Source of the DNA: Malacoraja senta | Taxonomy: Eukaryota | Length of the DNA stretch: 64,000 nucleotides | NCBI GenBank assembly: GCA_038087875.1 | Contig: CM075978.1 | Span: 170,004,001-170,068,000, forward strand | Direction of reading: 5' to 3' | Part shown: positions 1 to 13,239 of the stretch, piece by piece | Layout: each line of letters begins with the position of its first letter | How positions within the stretch are numbered: the stretch's first letter is position 1 | Translations under genes and position numbers: made by a program | Notes under the pieces: generated by a model | The model's input: only the letters and a program-made list of their open reading frames with translations | What the model was told of the DNA's origin: nothing | The model's database searches: none

Positions 1-320
1 ACGTGCTACCACTAACCGACACACTAAAGTTACAACTTTAAAAGAGGCCAATTAACCTGCAAACCCGCACGTCTTTCGGATGTGGGAGGAAACCGGAGCT
101 CCCAGAGGAAACCCTCGCGGTCACAGGGGGAAAGTTGCAAACTCCACACAGACAGCACCCGAGGTCAGGATCGAACCCGGGACTCTGGCGCTGTGAGGCA
201 GCAGCGCTACCAGCTGCGCCGCCCCTCTCTGCCTAACGACTTTATCAATGGACCCTTGCGGCCTATCTCCCTTCCTCCCACCGCGTGTTATGGCTGTTCC
301 TCTGTCTTTATTTGAAACAG

Positions 321-565
321 AATACTACGCGGTGGTCACGGTCCCAGCGGGAGCTCGCAATATTCACGTGCAAGAGTTGGAGATCTCCACCAGTTACCTG
401 GCCGTGCGTGATCTGACAGGTAAATACCACCTGACCGGAGACTGGACCGTGGACTGGCCAGGCACGTTTGTCTTCGGGGGAGCCCACTTTGACTACCAGC
501 GCTCGTTCAACAAGCCAGAGAGTTTGTACTCATCCGGACCGACTAATGAGTCACTCGCCTTTGAA
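321..565 (+). CDS. ADAMTS18: ADAMTS18-like exon, spacer domain (EYYAVVTVPAGAR...GPTNESLAFE)
   Basis: AG acceptor at 319-320 after a pyrimidine tract, GTGAGT donor at 566. Translation matches the ADAMTS spacer and is closer to recalled ADAMTS18 (EYYPVVIIPAGARS...YQRSFNRPE) than to ADAMTS16. Phase 1 in, phase 0 out. Confidence 0.92.
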
Positions 566-1257
566 GTGAGTTTTCTTTTTATGTCCTCCTCTCCTTGTTC
601 TCTCCCATCACTTGTGTCTGCCGCAGAATTGCCCGCGACAGCTTGGCAGGCAGATCTGGGCTTCAGTGGGATCGGTAGCAGTGGGAGCTCCCCTCCCATG
701 TTTTAATTTAATTACAGCGCAGCGCTGTTTTCTGAGAACGATTCCGCCGCTATAGAATTTTCTAAATGGCCGGCGCTTAATCATTGCCGAGATGCCGGAA
801 TGAAAGGCCGATGTCTGCTTTGCACACAATATTTCCATCATTAGATACTCTGCTTTGAAAAGGGGGAACTGTTGTGGTTTTTCTTTCTTTCTTCATACGG
901 AATGAGAATTAAAATCCCAGACAGTGTGATGTAATGGCTGGGCTCTCATCTCAACGTGGTAGATGAAAGGAAAGTTTAATTGGATGCAACAGGTTACAAA
1001 ATAACGACATTAGTGCTTTGAAGAAAATTTTAATTGGGGGTCAGGTTGGGAGGACAGCGATGGGGAAGAGAACTCATTCAAGGGGTCACTATGGATGGTT
1101 TGTGGGATTTTTGTGAATCACCCGTGTATTTTGATTACCGTCTTTGCTTATGTGTTTATCTTGATGCAATGTTTGCTCCAAAACCTGTGGCTTTTTACAT
1201 TAGTTTTGTTCAGACTGCTCAATGTAAGTGTAATCAAATCAAGTGTAATGGGAACTT

Positions 1258-1630
1258 ACGAACACACACACAAACATGCACGCACACACGCACATACACA
1301 CACACATGCAAGGAAACAGGTGCACGCATGCAAACAGATATACACATGTAAGCATACACGGAGACACACAATCACCCAAGCATGAATGAACGCACACACA
1401 CTCCTACAACTGCATGCATATACATGCACTTTAATACATGCACAAACCTACCCATGTCAATATGTACATATGCGTATATGTACTAATGTCTTTATGTGCA
1501 CACACAGAAAAATAGATGAATATAGACATTCACAGGCAAACACACAAACACAAACAATACTCTGCATGTCTAGTTCCCCGCACGCATACAGTGGCACACA
1601 AGCTACACCCCACATGTATCCAAGACACAC
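1258..1630. repeat. Degenerate (CA)n / purine-pyrimidine repeat; a purer (CA)n lies at 2148-2180
   Basis: Direct inspection. Confidence 0.9.
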
Positions 1631-2102
1631 TAAATGGCAGAAAGTTGTGGACGCAGCCCAGACTATCACACAAGCCAACCTCCCCTCCATTTACTCATCC
1701 ACATTTCACGCTGCCTTGGCAAGGCCACCAGCATAATCAAGGACCTGGTCACATCCTCTTCTCCCCTGTCCCATCAGGCAAGAGGTGCAGACATTTGAAA
1801 ACGCACACCTCCAGATTCAGGGACAATTTCTACCCAGCTGTTAACAGGCAACTGAACCATCCTATCACCAACCAGAGAGCAGTCCTGACCTACCATCTAC
1901 CTTATTGAAGACCCTTGGACTATCTTTCATCAGACCTTACTGGACTTTATCTTGCACTAAACATTATGCCCTGTATCCGGTATCGATACACTGTGGACGG
2001 CTCGATTGTAATCATGTATAGGCTTTCTGCTCATTGTTTAGCACGCAGCAAAAAAGCTTTTCACTGTACCTTGGTACACATGATAATAATAATAAACTAA
2101 AC
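1630..2102 (+). mobile_element. Rex1/Babar-type LINE 3' end; further copies at about 8135-8520 (+), 15530-15990 (-), 37510-37770 (-), 39340-39770 (-), 53040-53290 (+), 56100-56490 (-), 63430-63680 (-)
   Basis: Encodes IIKD..HPGH.LFSPLPSGKR.R.LKTHTSRFRDNFYPAV.RQLN; 3' tail TTTCACTGTACC..GGTACACRTGACAATAAA(CTAAA)n. Confidence 0.75.
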
Positions 2103-2146
2103 ACAGGCATATCTACATGCAACCTACACTTGTGTGCATGCATGCC

Positions 2147-2184
<38 letters not shown>

Positions 2185-2949
2185 GCATGAATAATAAAAT
2201 ATCAACTTTCCAGGTAGAAACAGTACATTACAGAACAGGCTCTTCAGCCCGCAATGTCCATGCTGAATATGATGCCAAGTTAAACTAATTACTCTGCCTT
2301 TGTGTGATCCGACTCCTCCACTCACTGCATATCCATGTGTCTATCTAACAGCTTATCCACCTCCACCACCACCCGTGGCAGCGCTTTCCTTGCACCCACC
2401 CAAGACAGTGTTCATTTTTGATCCGTTAGAACCAGATAACTGAAACCCTACATCTCCTTCAAATTAGGTCCAAGCTGGGATCATCCAAACATTGATATCA
2501 ACAGAAGCTTGAAAGCACGCATCACCAGACTCACGAGCAGCTTCTTCCCCTCTGTTATCAGACTTCTGAGCAGTCCTTCCATAAGCTTCTGGGCTGCACA
2601 GTAGTGCAGCTGTAGAGTTGCAGCCTCAGTTCGATCCTGACTATGTGTGCTCTCTGCACGGAGTTTGTTAGTTCTCCCTGTGACCACGTGGGTTTTCTTT
2701 GGGTGCTCCGGTTTCCTCCCAGAAGAATTGACCTACTAACCTGTACACCTTTGGAGTGTGGGAGGAAACCGGAGCATCCGGAGAAAACCCACACAGTCAC
2801 AGGGTGAACGTACAAACTCAATCCAGACAGCAGGATCAAACCTCGGCACTGTGTGGCAGCAACTCTTCCACTGTGCCACTGTGACGTGTCACCCTTCTTC
2901 AGATTGATTCCAAAAGCCTTTATGTATTGTATTATCTGATTTAAACAAT

Positions 2950-3360
2950 TTGAAACATATAAGATTGTTAAGGGCTTGGATTGAAACATATAAGATTGTT
3001 AAGGGCTTGGACACAACTAGAGGCAGGAAACATGTTCCCGATGTTGGGGAGTCCAGAACCAGGGGCCACAGTTTAAGAATAAGGAGTAAGCCATTTAGAA
3101 TGGAGACGAGGAAACACTTTTTCTCACGGAGAGTGGTGAGTCTGTGGAATTCTCTGCCTCAGAGGGCGGTGGAGGCAGGTTCTCTGGATGCTTTCAAGGG
3201 AGAGCTAGATAGGGCTCTTAAAAATAGCGGAGTCAGGGGATATGGGGAGAAGGCAGGAACGGGGTACTGATTGTGGATGATCAGCCATGATCACATTGAA
3301 TGGCGGTGCTGGCTCGAAGGGCCAAATGGCCTGCTCCTGTACCTATTGTCTATTGTCTAT
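2950..3360 (+). mobile_element. CR1-clade (HER1-like) LINE 3' end
   Basis: Encodes IETYKIVKGLD...SRTRGHSLRIR...FFSRRVVSLWNSLP; ends in (CTATTGT)n tail. Confidence 0.9.
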
Positions 3361-4195
3361 TAATTGGACAGCATGCAAACAAAAGGTTTTCACTGCACCT
3401 CGGGTAAAGCTAAACCTAAATAACTAGAAAGTCACTGTATGCTGTCCTTGGGATTTTCTAAACAGTAAACGGTATTGCCATTTTCAGTAGCCATCCTGTG
3501 AATCAACTAGATACCAACAGCAATTTTTCACCCGCGAGGACTAGTGGTGCAATAGTGGTGATCAAGTTACAGGGACACATTGCATAAGTGGTGCTATCTA
3601 TCTTAACACACAGGAGGAAAGAAAGGGGGGCAGATTTGCGGATTGTTTATGGCTTTGGAAGGAGCAGGTGGAAGACAGAACTGTAGTCTACTGCATCAGT
3701 TATGGAGCCCGCTTCCGTGGTGTCCTGAATCAACGTTGGAGGTTAAACTCCTTGGCTGTTCCCAGAGTATAGTTACACTGGGAGCGAGACATAAACCTAT
3801 AAATATCGCTTCAGTGTCAAAACCAAATGTCATTTTTCATTATCGGCGAGTAATTCAAGGACAGCACCTCCGCCAAGTGCTGAAAGGAGCATGTATGTGG
3901 CTGATTCTCTGGAGCGACACTTGATTCCAGTGGGGGAGGAATAAGGGTACCTTTGTCAGGGAAGCAGGACTGTGTCCCATTAATCCCACTGTGCTCGCCA
4001 TGTGAAAGTACATCGAATACAGCTCCCCCACCCCCACAGCCTCCAACAAGTATCCGGGGAAGTCCCTGCATGATATTCAAATCTCCGCCACAGAACGGGA
4101 GCTTAAAGCAAGCAAACATTTGGCCCATCGTTGAGATGCGGATAAATATTTACTTAAGAGGGTCCTGAAAGTGGGGCCAGCTCGTGCTTCTTTTG

Positions 4196-4441
4196 TGTGG
4201 GAAGGAACTGCAGATGCTGACTTAAACCGAAGATAGACACAAAATGCTGGAGTAACTCAGCGGGACAGGCAGCATCTCTGGAGAGAAGGAATGGGTGACG
4301 TTTCAGGTCGAGACCCTTCTTCAGACTGAATTAGAGTCTGACATCTGAAGAAGGGACTCGACCCAAAACATCACCCATTCCTTCTCTCCAGAGATGCTGC
4401 CTGTCCCGCTGAGTTACTCCAGCATTTTGTGTCTATCTTCT
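4196..4441. mobile_element. Palindromic Penelope-derived mini-element; similar copies at about 6955-7175, 17880-18320, 22768-22990, 23880-24125, 30275-30650, 30845-31030, 45905-46125, 47405-47600, 49940-50105, 56658-56845, 60290-60460
   Basis: Arm GACACAAAATGCTGGAGTAACTCAGCGGG...GACGTTTCAGGTCGAGACCCTTCTTCAG followed by its reverse complement. Confidence 0.8.
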
Positions 4442-5973
4442 TGTGCCTCTTATGCCAGCTCATAAGCAGCACAGTGGTGCAGCTGGTGGAGTCGCTGCCA
4501 CGCAACACCTGGCACCTGGGTTCGATCCTGACTACGGGTGCTGTCTGTGTGCAGTTTGTACGTTCTCCCTGTGACCGCGAGGGTTTCCTTCGGGTGCTCC
4601 GGTTTCCTCCCACATCCCAAAGACGTGCGGGCTTGCAGGTTAATTGGCTTCTGTAAAAGTTGTCCCTTGTGCAGGATAGAACTAGTGCATGGGGTGATCA
4701 ATGGGCAGTATGCACTCGGTGGGCCGAAGGGGCTGTGTCTGTGCTGCATCTTTAAAACTAAAGCTCTCACATGTCTCACGGGCATGGGTGTTGATAAGTT
4801 AATTGTCCATTATGAATTGCTCCGAATGTGGGTGAAAAAAGGAAATATGAAAGTAGAAAGTAGAGATAGTGTGGGAAGCATTAAAAAAAGGTTAATGTCG
4901 GATTAGTGCAAATGGGCGGTACATGGTTGGCGTGGACTTGGTAGGCTGAAAGGCAAATATTTGTACTGTATGTCTGTGATTCTATGAAGCAGGCCATTCG
5001 GCCCATTGTGTTTGTCCCATATTTCATCACAACGTCAGTTTGACCACCAGAAGAAAGATTTAAAGGGGACCTGAGGCAGCATTTTGCCATCATAATCCTC
5101 TGAACATAGAATAGTACAGCACAGGAACAGCCCCTTCGGCCCACAAATTCTGTGCTGAACATGATGCCAAGTTAAACTAATCCCCTCTGCATGCATGTGA
5201 TCATTATTCCTGCATATCCATGTGCCTATCCAAAAGCCTCATAAATTCCATTAATGTATCTGTCTCCACCTCCACCTCTGACAATGCGCTCCCGCACATC
5301 TTCTTTCAACTTTGCCCTCTCACCTTAATTCAACCCATCACATTTTGGGGCGGCACGGAGGTACAGCGGTAGGGAATGTACAGTGGTAGGGAATTCCTGT
5401 CTGTACGGAATTTGCACGTTCTCGCTGTGACCGCGAGGTGCTTTTATTCAGGCGCTCCGCTTTCCTTTCACACTCCAAAGATGTGCAGGTTGGTAGGTTA
5501 ATTGGCTTCTGTAAATTGTCCCTGGTGTGTAGGATAGAACAGGTATATGGGGTGATCGCTGGTAGGTACAGACTCGGTGGGCAGAATGGGCCTCTTTCCA
5601 AGCTGTATCTCCAAAACTAAAACAAAGTCAACTCCACCAATCTTTTGTGGCAGATCCATTTTGCCTCCTCCTATCTTCTCCCTGTAATCTTTGATGACCT
5701 TAATGCATAACCTCCCCAAATGCATAACCTAACCTATCCCTGGATTATATTTCACTTGCTACGATTTCTGCCCTGCCAACCAGGTGGTATGTATCGTCTT
5801 GACTTTCAAAGCCTTTCTCCTCAATGCCCACCACACACCCGGCAATCCATCTGCGGGATTATGTTACCTGAACGACGAAGGATATAAGGAGGAAATTTTA
5901 GATTTTCATTCCAATAGGGTGTATTGATTCACCGTGTGATTCCATACAAACCACCAGCCCTCAAATGCTCTGC

Positions 5974-6023
5974 GTTCCCATAGAAACAACATGTCCGGAA
6001 GTGCCGAGTGTTTCCATGGATAC
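5974..6023. promoter_or_regulatory. Candidate RFX-ETS-RFX motif cluster
   Basis: GTTCCCATAGAAAC (5974-5987), CCGGAAGTG (5995-6003), GTTTCCATGGATAC (6010-6023). Confidence 0.4.
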
Positions 6024-6105
6024 CACCTCTGGTACCAATATGTTTCCAGATGGTCCAAGGTCGCACGTTTAAACAGGCCTTTCGCGTTCAGAAGAGGTTC
6101 ATCAG

Positions 6106-6625
6106 TAGGGTTGCCAACTTTCTCACTCCCAAAGGAACAAAAGCTCAAAATAAGGGACAAATTCCCGACGGCAATTCGTTGACCGACTTGGCCATGGCTG
6201 GGTGAGGGATGAGTTGGACCGGGTGCTGGACTGCACACAACGCCCAGCCAGTGGGTCAGCTGAGTAGTTTCGGCCCGGGCACCGGGCGCGACGTCGCGTG
6301 CAAAGTCAGGCACCCCATCCAACTCATGAACCGATGATCGGCCATTAGAAGGAGGGTGGTGGTGTCGGCAGTAAGCGAAGGTCGGACAGCTGGCCGGGCT
6401 GCCGACCGACGAGGCCACGGGCGAGGCGCTGCTGCTGCTGCACTCCTTGGGCTGCACCACGTCGGGACAAGTGAGGCGGGGCCGGACGCGGCGCTCCGAC
6501 CCGACAGTCCTCTCGACCCGAGTAGTACCAGTCAAATCCGGGACAAGGGCGGTCCCATATGGGACAAACCAATTTAGCCCAATATACAGGATGTCCCGGC
6601 TAATATGGAACAGTTGGCAACCCTA
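6106..6625. mobile_element. Non-autonomous hAT MITE, 520 bp
   Basis: 14-bp TIRs TAGGGTTGCCAACT / AGTTGGCAACCCTA; perfect 8-bp TSD TTCATCAG at 6098-6105 and 6626-6633; splits a CR1 fragment (VQKRFIR|MLPGLE). Confidence 0.9.
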
Positions 6626-9600
6626 TTCATCAGGATGTTGCCTGGATTAGAGTCTACTACCTGTAAGGAGTGACAAAATATCACCTTGCCAAACATTTTA
6701 ACTCCCTTTCCCATATTGATCTTTCTCTCCTGGGCCTCCTCCACTGTCAGAGTGTGGCCACACACACATTGGAGGTGCTTTCTGTCTGGAGTCTGTACGT
6801 TGCCCATGTGGCCACATGGGTTTTCTCTGGATGCTCCGGTTTCCTCTCCATGCCAAAGATGTGCAGGTTTGCAGGTTAATTGGCTTGTGTAAATTGTCCC
6901 TAGTGTGTAGGATAGAAATAGTGTGCGGGGTGATTGTTGACATGCAGTTTTGTAAGTTGTGCAGAGGAACTGCAGATGCTCGTTTATACTAATGATAGGC
7001 ACAAAGTGCTGGAGTAAATCAGGCAACATCTCTGGAGAAAAGGAAGAGGTGACGGTTCGGGTTGGAACCATTCTTCAGACTAATCTGAAGAAGGGTTCCG
7101 ACCTTAACATTATCTATTCCTTTTCTCCAGATGTTGCCTAACCTGCTGAGTTACTCCAACATTTTGCATCTATCCTAGCTTTATAGATTAATTGGCTTTG
7201 GTAAAAATTGTAAAATTGTTGCTAGTGTGTAGGATAGTGCTAATGTATGGGGTGATCGCTGGTCGGTGCAGACTCAATGGGCTGAAGGGCCTGTTTCCGC
7301 GCTGTATCTCTAGAGTAAAGCGTGAAGGTCACACCATCGTGTTTGGTAAAAGCACTGTGGGCTGAGTCGGCCTGTTTTTGTGCTGTACATTTTCCATCTT
7401 CTAGTTCTAGGTCTGCTTCTGAGAAAAGGAATTGCAAACAATCTGTAAAAAAAATATGCGGTGTCCATCAGAATCTTGGAGTAACATTGGGCCAATAGGG
7501 CTTCCGTCAGTGATTCTGGCTTAATTGGCGACCTTTATGTGGAAGCCTGATGTTTGTACAAGTGTTCAATGTATAAGCTGCAATCAAGTGCCCCCTCTCT
7601 CAAATACGGCTCAGTGTTTGAAGTCATTTGTCAGGCCAGCTGTAATGCAGCACCCAAACACATCTCTTAATGTGTACGCCCTGCGGGCTTGGCTCAAGCG
7701 GTTGTTAAAGGGAATTATTATCAGATATAGAGCCTCAGAAGAAACCGTGTAAATGAGTGTCTTGAGCACAGCGAGTAAACGTGTCTGAAGAGGACACTTG
7801 ACCTCAAAGTAAAAGTGAAATGGAAACCACTGACCTTTGAACTCTCCCAATGCCTCACCACTCTATTGGGAGGCAACACACTCACATGAGTGCTCTCTCC
7901 CACACCCTGGTCTCTTCAGGAATTAAGGTCGCCATTGGAAGCCACTCTACTTCCTCAAGGGAGTTATGAAGATGGCTATAATTGTGCAACATTAGTCTAC
8001 ATGTGTGGGACCAACTCTATGTTTAGTTTCAGATAGACACAAAATGCTGGAGTAACTTAGCCGGTCAGGCGGCCTCTCTGGAGAAAAGGAATAGGTGTCG
8101 TTTCGTGGTGAAGACCCTTCTTCAAACATTTTATCAGCATAATCAAGGACAAATCTCACCCCAGGTCACTCCCTCTTCTCCCCACTCCCATTGGGCATAA
8201 GGTACAGGAGAGTGAAAACACTATATCTCCAGATTCAGGGACAGCTTCTTCCCAGCTGTTATCAGGCAATTGAACCATCCTACCAATAATTAGTGATCCT
8301 GAGCCACTATCTACCTCATTGGAGACCTTCGGACTATCCTAGATCGGACTTTACTGGCTTTATCTTGCACTAAACTTTATTCACGTTATTCCCTTTATCG
8401 TGTATCTGTACACTGTGGATCGCTCGATTGTAATCACGTATTGTCTCCCCCGCTGACTGGCTTGCATGCAACAAAAGCTTTTCACTGTACCTCGGGACAC
8501 GTGACAATAAACCAAACTCAAAATGTGCAGTGGGTGAGGATTGAAAGAATCCCCAGTACAGCTGGAGATAAACATCAAGCCCCTTTCCGATGAGATAATT
8601 GAATAGGAGCAACAAATTATTTACTTCAACGCTCACTGTTGTCTCCCTTGGCTTCCATTAGTGCCTGAAGCTAAACTTGACAGAAACAGAATGCAGACGC
8701 AAGGGGGAAGAGCTACAGAGGTGCCTCATTCCAATACCAACACATATATTTATCTCGATTTAGCAAGCTGTAAAATTTATTGGTCTAAAATCCTGTAGTC
8801 AAGAGGGCACCATTTAGTGGCTGTTGTTATTCAGTGGCAGATGTTAAAGACTTGAATCAAGGATTTGAACATGTTGATACATGCCGTTTTTAAATGCCAA
8901 CCGTGCATCTTGGGAAGAGCTGATAATCAGTCCAAGGACTTGGGGCGGCACGGTGGCGCAGCCTTACAGTGCCAGGGAGCTGGGTTCGATCCTAACTATG
9001 GGTGCTGTCTGTGTGGAGTTTGTATATTCTCCCCATGACCCGTGTTCGTTTTCTCCGGGATCTCACTCCAAAAGACTCCCACACTCCAAAGACGGACAGG
9101 TTTGTAGGTCAATTGGTTTGGTATAATTATAGATTGTCCCTAGAGTGTAGAATAGTGCTGGTGTTTGTGGTGATCAGAAGACACAGGAGCAGAATTAGTA
9201 CAATTGGCCCATCGAGCCTGCATAGCCCTTTGATCATGGCTGATCTATCTTTCCCTCTAAACCCCATTCCCCTGCCTTCCAGTGACCTTTGATGCCCTTA
9301 CTAATTCAGACTTTAGAAATGCAGAACGGAAACAGGCCATTCGGCCCACCGAGTCTGTGCCAACCAGCGATTACCTCATACACTAACACTATACTACACA
9401 CTGGGGATAATTTTACTAAAGCCAGTTAACCTACAAATGTGTACGTCTTTGGAGCGTGGGAGGCAACCAGAGCACCCGGGGAAAACCCACGCGGGCACAG
9501 GGAGAACATACAGACTCAATGGAGACAGCGCCTGTAGTCAGGATTGAACCTGGATCTTTCGTGCTGTAAGGCAGCAACTCTACCAATGCGCCCCAATCGT

Positions 9601-10692
9601 GAAACTATCAATCTCATCTTTAATCAGGCAAATGAACTATCCTCAGCCCAGGTAGAGAGCTGTCCTGAACTCCCATCTACCTCATCTTGCACTGAACGTC
9701 ACACCCTTTATCCTGTATCTGTACACTGATAACAGAGGGGAAGAAACTGTTCTTGAGTCTGGTGGTGCGTGCTCCAAGCTACTGTATCTTCTGCTCGAAG
9801 AGATTGGGGAGTAGAAGGAATGATTGGTATATACTGCCTTGCTGTTAGAGTAAGATAAAGTCATTATGTTTTACGGCCACATAATATTTATATAAAACAC
9901 GGAACCACACCACAGTGTGATTTACTAGATTTTTTTTTCATTTTTATCTTCCCCAAGATTTATCTCAGGATTGGGAATACTGGGCCAGTAATTTAACTGC
10001 TGTTCCAGATGTATCACAGCTCACCTAGTTAAACATCTTGAACAGACACAAAATGCTGGAGTAACTCAGCGGGATAGGCAGCATCTCTGGAGAGAAGGAA
10101 TGGGTGACGTTTCAGATCGAGACCCTTCTTCACACCCTTCATTTTAATTCATTTATAATTAATTAATTACTATTAAACCCTGTGACCGCGTGGGTTTTCT
10201 CCGTGTGCTCCGGATTCGCCCCACTTCCCCAAAGACATGCAGGGTTGTAGGTTAATTAGCTTGTAAATTGCTCCTCGTGTGTAGGATAGAACTAGTGTAC
10301 GGGTGATCGTGGACGGCGCGGGCTTGGTGGGCCGAAAGGCCTGTTTCCATGCTTTGTATGTCTAAATGTGTATCTCTAAATGAAACATGTGATGGACTGG
10401 GTTACTCACAGAAATCTTCCATTAAGTAGGGTGCCATTCGTTTTCTCCAGAGATGCTGCCTGGTCCACTGAGTTACTCCAGCATATTGTGTTTATCTTCA
10501 GTGTAAACCCACATATGCAGTTCCTTCCTGCACAATCTGCCATTAACTTTGGTTCTAACTTTCTTTGTGCATGGGGAGCGATTCACACTAATCCTGTTCA
10601 ACATTTCTTTATGTTGCCCTCCTCCCTCTCCCCCCCTCCCCAATCTCCCTCTCTCCCTTCCACAACCTTCACCACCGCCCCTCCCCCTACAG

Positions 10693-10834
10693 ATTCTGTT
10701 GCAAGGCAAGAATCCAGGTATTGCCTGGGAGTACACGTTACCAAAGGTTGCTAATGAAAGCAAGGCAAGCGAGCAGAGGCACAACTACACCTGGGCGGTC
10801 GTGAGATCAGGTTGCTCTGCATCATGTGCTGGAG
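10693..10834 (+). CDS. ADAMTS18: ADAMTS18-like exon, end of spacer and start of TSP1 repeat (ILLQGKNPGIAWEY...CSASCAG)
   Basis: CAG acceptor ending at 10692, GTGAGT donor at 10835, 142 nt, phase 0 to 1. QGKNPGIAW motif as recalled for ADAMTS18. Confidence 0.93.
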
Positions 10835-10945
10835 GTGAGTAGCCCTCCCATTCATCGGAAGAAGAAAGCTCTTATATTGCTTTCTCTCTCTATCTTTCTC
10901 TATAGCTCTCTCTCCATCCCTTTCTATCTTGCTCTCCCTCTCTAT

Positions 10946-11282
10946 NNNNNNNNNNNNNNNNNNNNNNNNNNNNNNNNNNNNNNNNNNNNNNNNNNNNNNN
11001 NNNNNNNNNNNNNNNNNNNNNNNNNNNNNNNNNNNNNNNNNNNNNNNNNNNNNNNNNNNNNNNNNNNNNNNNNNNNNNNNNNNNNNNNNNNNNNNNNNNN
11101 NNNNNNNNNNNNNNNNNNNNNNNNNNNNNNNNNNNNNNNNNNNNNNNNNNNNNNNNNNNNNNNNNNNNNNNNNNNNNNNNNNNNNNNNNNNNNNNNNNNN
11201 NNNNNNNNNNNNNNNNNNNNNNNNNNNNNNNNNNNNNNNNNNNNNNNNNNNNNNNNNNNNNNNNNNNNNNNNNNNNNNNNNN
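10946..11282. other. Assembly gap (337 N) within a CT/CTAT microsatellite
   Basis: Run of N flanked by (CT)n/(CTAT)n. Confidence 0.99.
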
Positions 11283-13197
11283 CTCTCTCTATCTCTCTCT
11301 ATTTTTAGACTTTAGCGCAAAAACAGGCCCTTCGCCCTTGAGTCCGCGCCGACAAGCGATCACCCCTTACGCTAACACTATCCTACACACTGGGGACAAT
11401 TTTATAATTTCTATCCAAGCCAATTAACCTCCTACAAACCTGTAGGTCTTTGGAGTGTGGGAGGAAACCGGAGTACCCGGGGAAAACCCACGCGGACACG
11501 GGCAGAACGTACAAACTCCGTACAGACAGCACCTGAGGTCAGGATCGAACATGGGTCTCTGGTGCTGTAAGGCAGCAGCTGTACTGCTGCGCCGCTGTGA
11601 CGGGCCCTCCGGAGAGAAGAGAGAGACAGAGAAATGCTAACATACTTTCTGTTGGAGGCTTTGTCCTTTTTGTAGCCCTGGCCCCACGCATGAGGAACAG
11701 GCTGGTGAAGTGTTTCCAGTGGTGTGCTGATCTCTGAAGCCCAACACCGAAGGCTGGGCTCAGTGCAGCGGCTCACTAACATGCTGAGACCTGCCATCTC
11801 ATTCTCCCTTCTCTTCTTATTTCCCCTCCTGTTTGTTTTCCTTTGTGATCATCAATGTACCTGCTTCTAATTTTTTGATTGTAGCTGAGGTGATGTGCGA
11901 CGTTTAGTTTAGTTTAGAGATACACCATGGAAACAGGCCCTTAGACCCACCGGGTCAAAGCCAACCAGCGATCCCCGCACGCTAACACTATCCTACACAC
12001 TAGGGACAATGTACATTTTTTTTAAAGCTACACACCTGTACGTCTTTGGAGTGTGGGAGGAAACCAGAGCTCCCGGAAAAAACCCACGCGGGTCACAGGG
12101 AAAACATACAAACTGTACAGACAGCACCCATAGTCAGGATCAAACCTTTGGATCTCTGGCATTGTAAGGTAGCAACTAAACCACTGTGTGTGGTTAAAAA
12201 AACCAACCAAGAGATTTAGACATAACCCTGTGGTCTGTCCAGATCCCCTCAGTTTGATTTTACGCAGATTTTTAGTTTATTTCAGTTTATTGTCACGTGT
12301 ACCGAGATACAGTGAAAAGCTTTTTGTTTTGTGCTACACAGTCAGCGGAAAGACTATACACAATTACAATTGAGCCGTCCAGTGTACACGTATAGGATAA
12401 AAGGAACAATGTTTAGTGCAGGATAAATCCAGTGAAGTCCGATTGAAGATAGTCCGTGGGTTTTCAAGAGGTGGAGTTGGCACAGACATGATAGACCAAC
12501 TGGTCTCTCTCTCAGTGTTTTAGGGTTCTCAGAAGAATGAGAACTCTCTCCAGCCTATGGACAATAAGAGAGAGGGTACATCAGAGAATTACATAAGGAA
12601 CTAGAGTATCAGTCACCAACCTGCCCCAACAATTTGCTAATCCAGTTAATATAGTGATGACTGATCCAACATTGTCCTGAGGCCTGATTTCCCATAACCA
12701 CTGATTACAATATAGAGCGGGGGAGAGGGGGTGAGAGCTATGGGAGAATTAGGTATTCCCCAGGGTTGCGGGGTTAATGTGGTAAACAGGACAGAGACGG
12801 GGTGTGGGGAAGGTTTACTTGAAATTAGAGAATTCAGTGCTGATTTATGTTCATAAGTGATAGGAGAATACATAGGCCATTTGGCCCATCAAGTCTACTC
12901 TGCTGTTCATTCATGGCTGATCAAACTCTCCCTCTCAACCCCATTCTCCTGCCTTCTCCCCATACCCCTGACACACGTACCAATCAAGAATCTATCTATG
13001 GTACATGTGGTGAACAGGACAGAGACGGGGTGTAGGGAAGGTTTACTTGAAATTAGAGATTTACTTGAAATTAACACAAGAATCTATCTATCTCTGCCTT
13101 AAAAATATCCATTGATGGCTTCCGCAGCAATGAATTCCACAGATTCGCCACCCTCTAAAAAAAGAATGTCATCCTCGTCTCCTTCCTTAAGGAACGT

Positions 13198-13202
<5 letters not shown>

Positions 13203-13239
<37 letters not shown>

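Noticed and set aside
5906-6535. 209-aa minus-strand ORF
   Set aside because: Lies mostly within a GC-rich hAT MITE; no transposase or other motif.
10826-11315. ORFs spanning the N run (also 16198-16679)
   Set aside because: Artefacts of assembly gaps.
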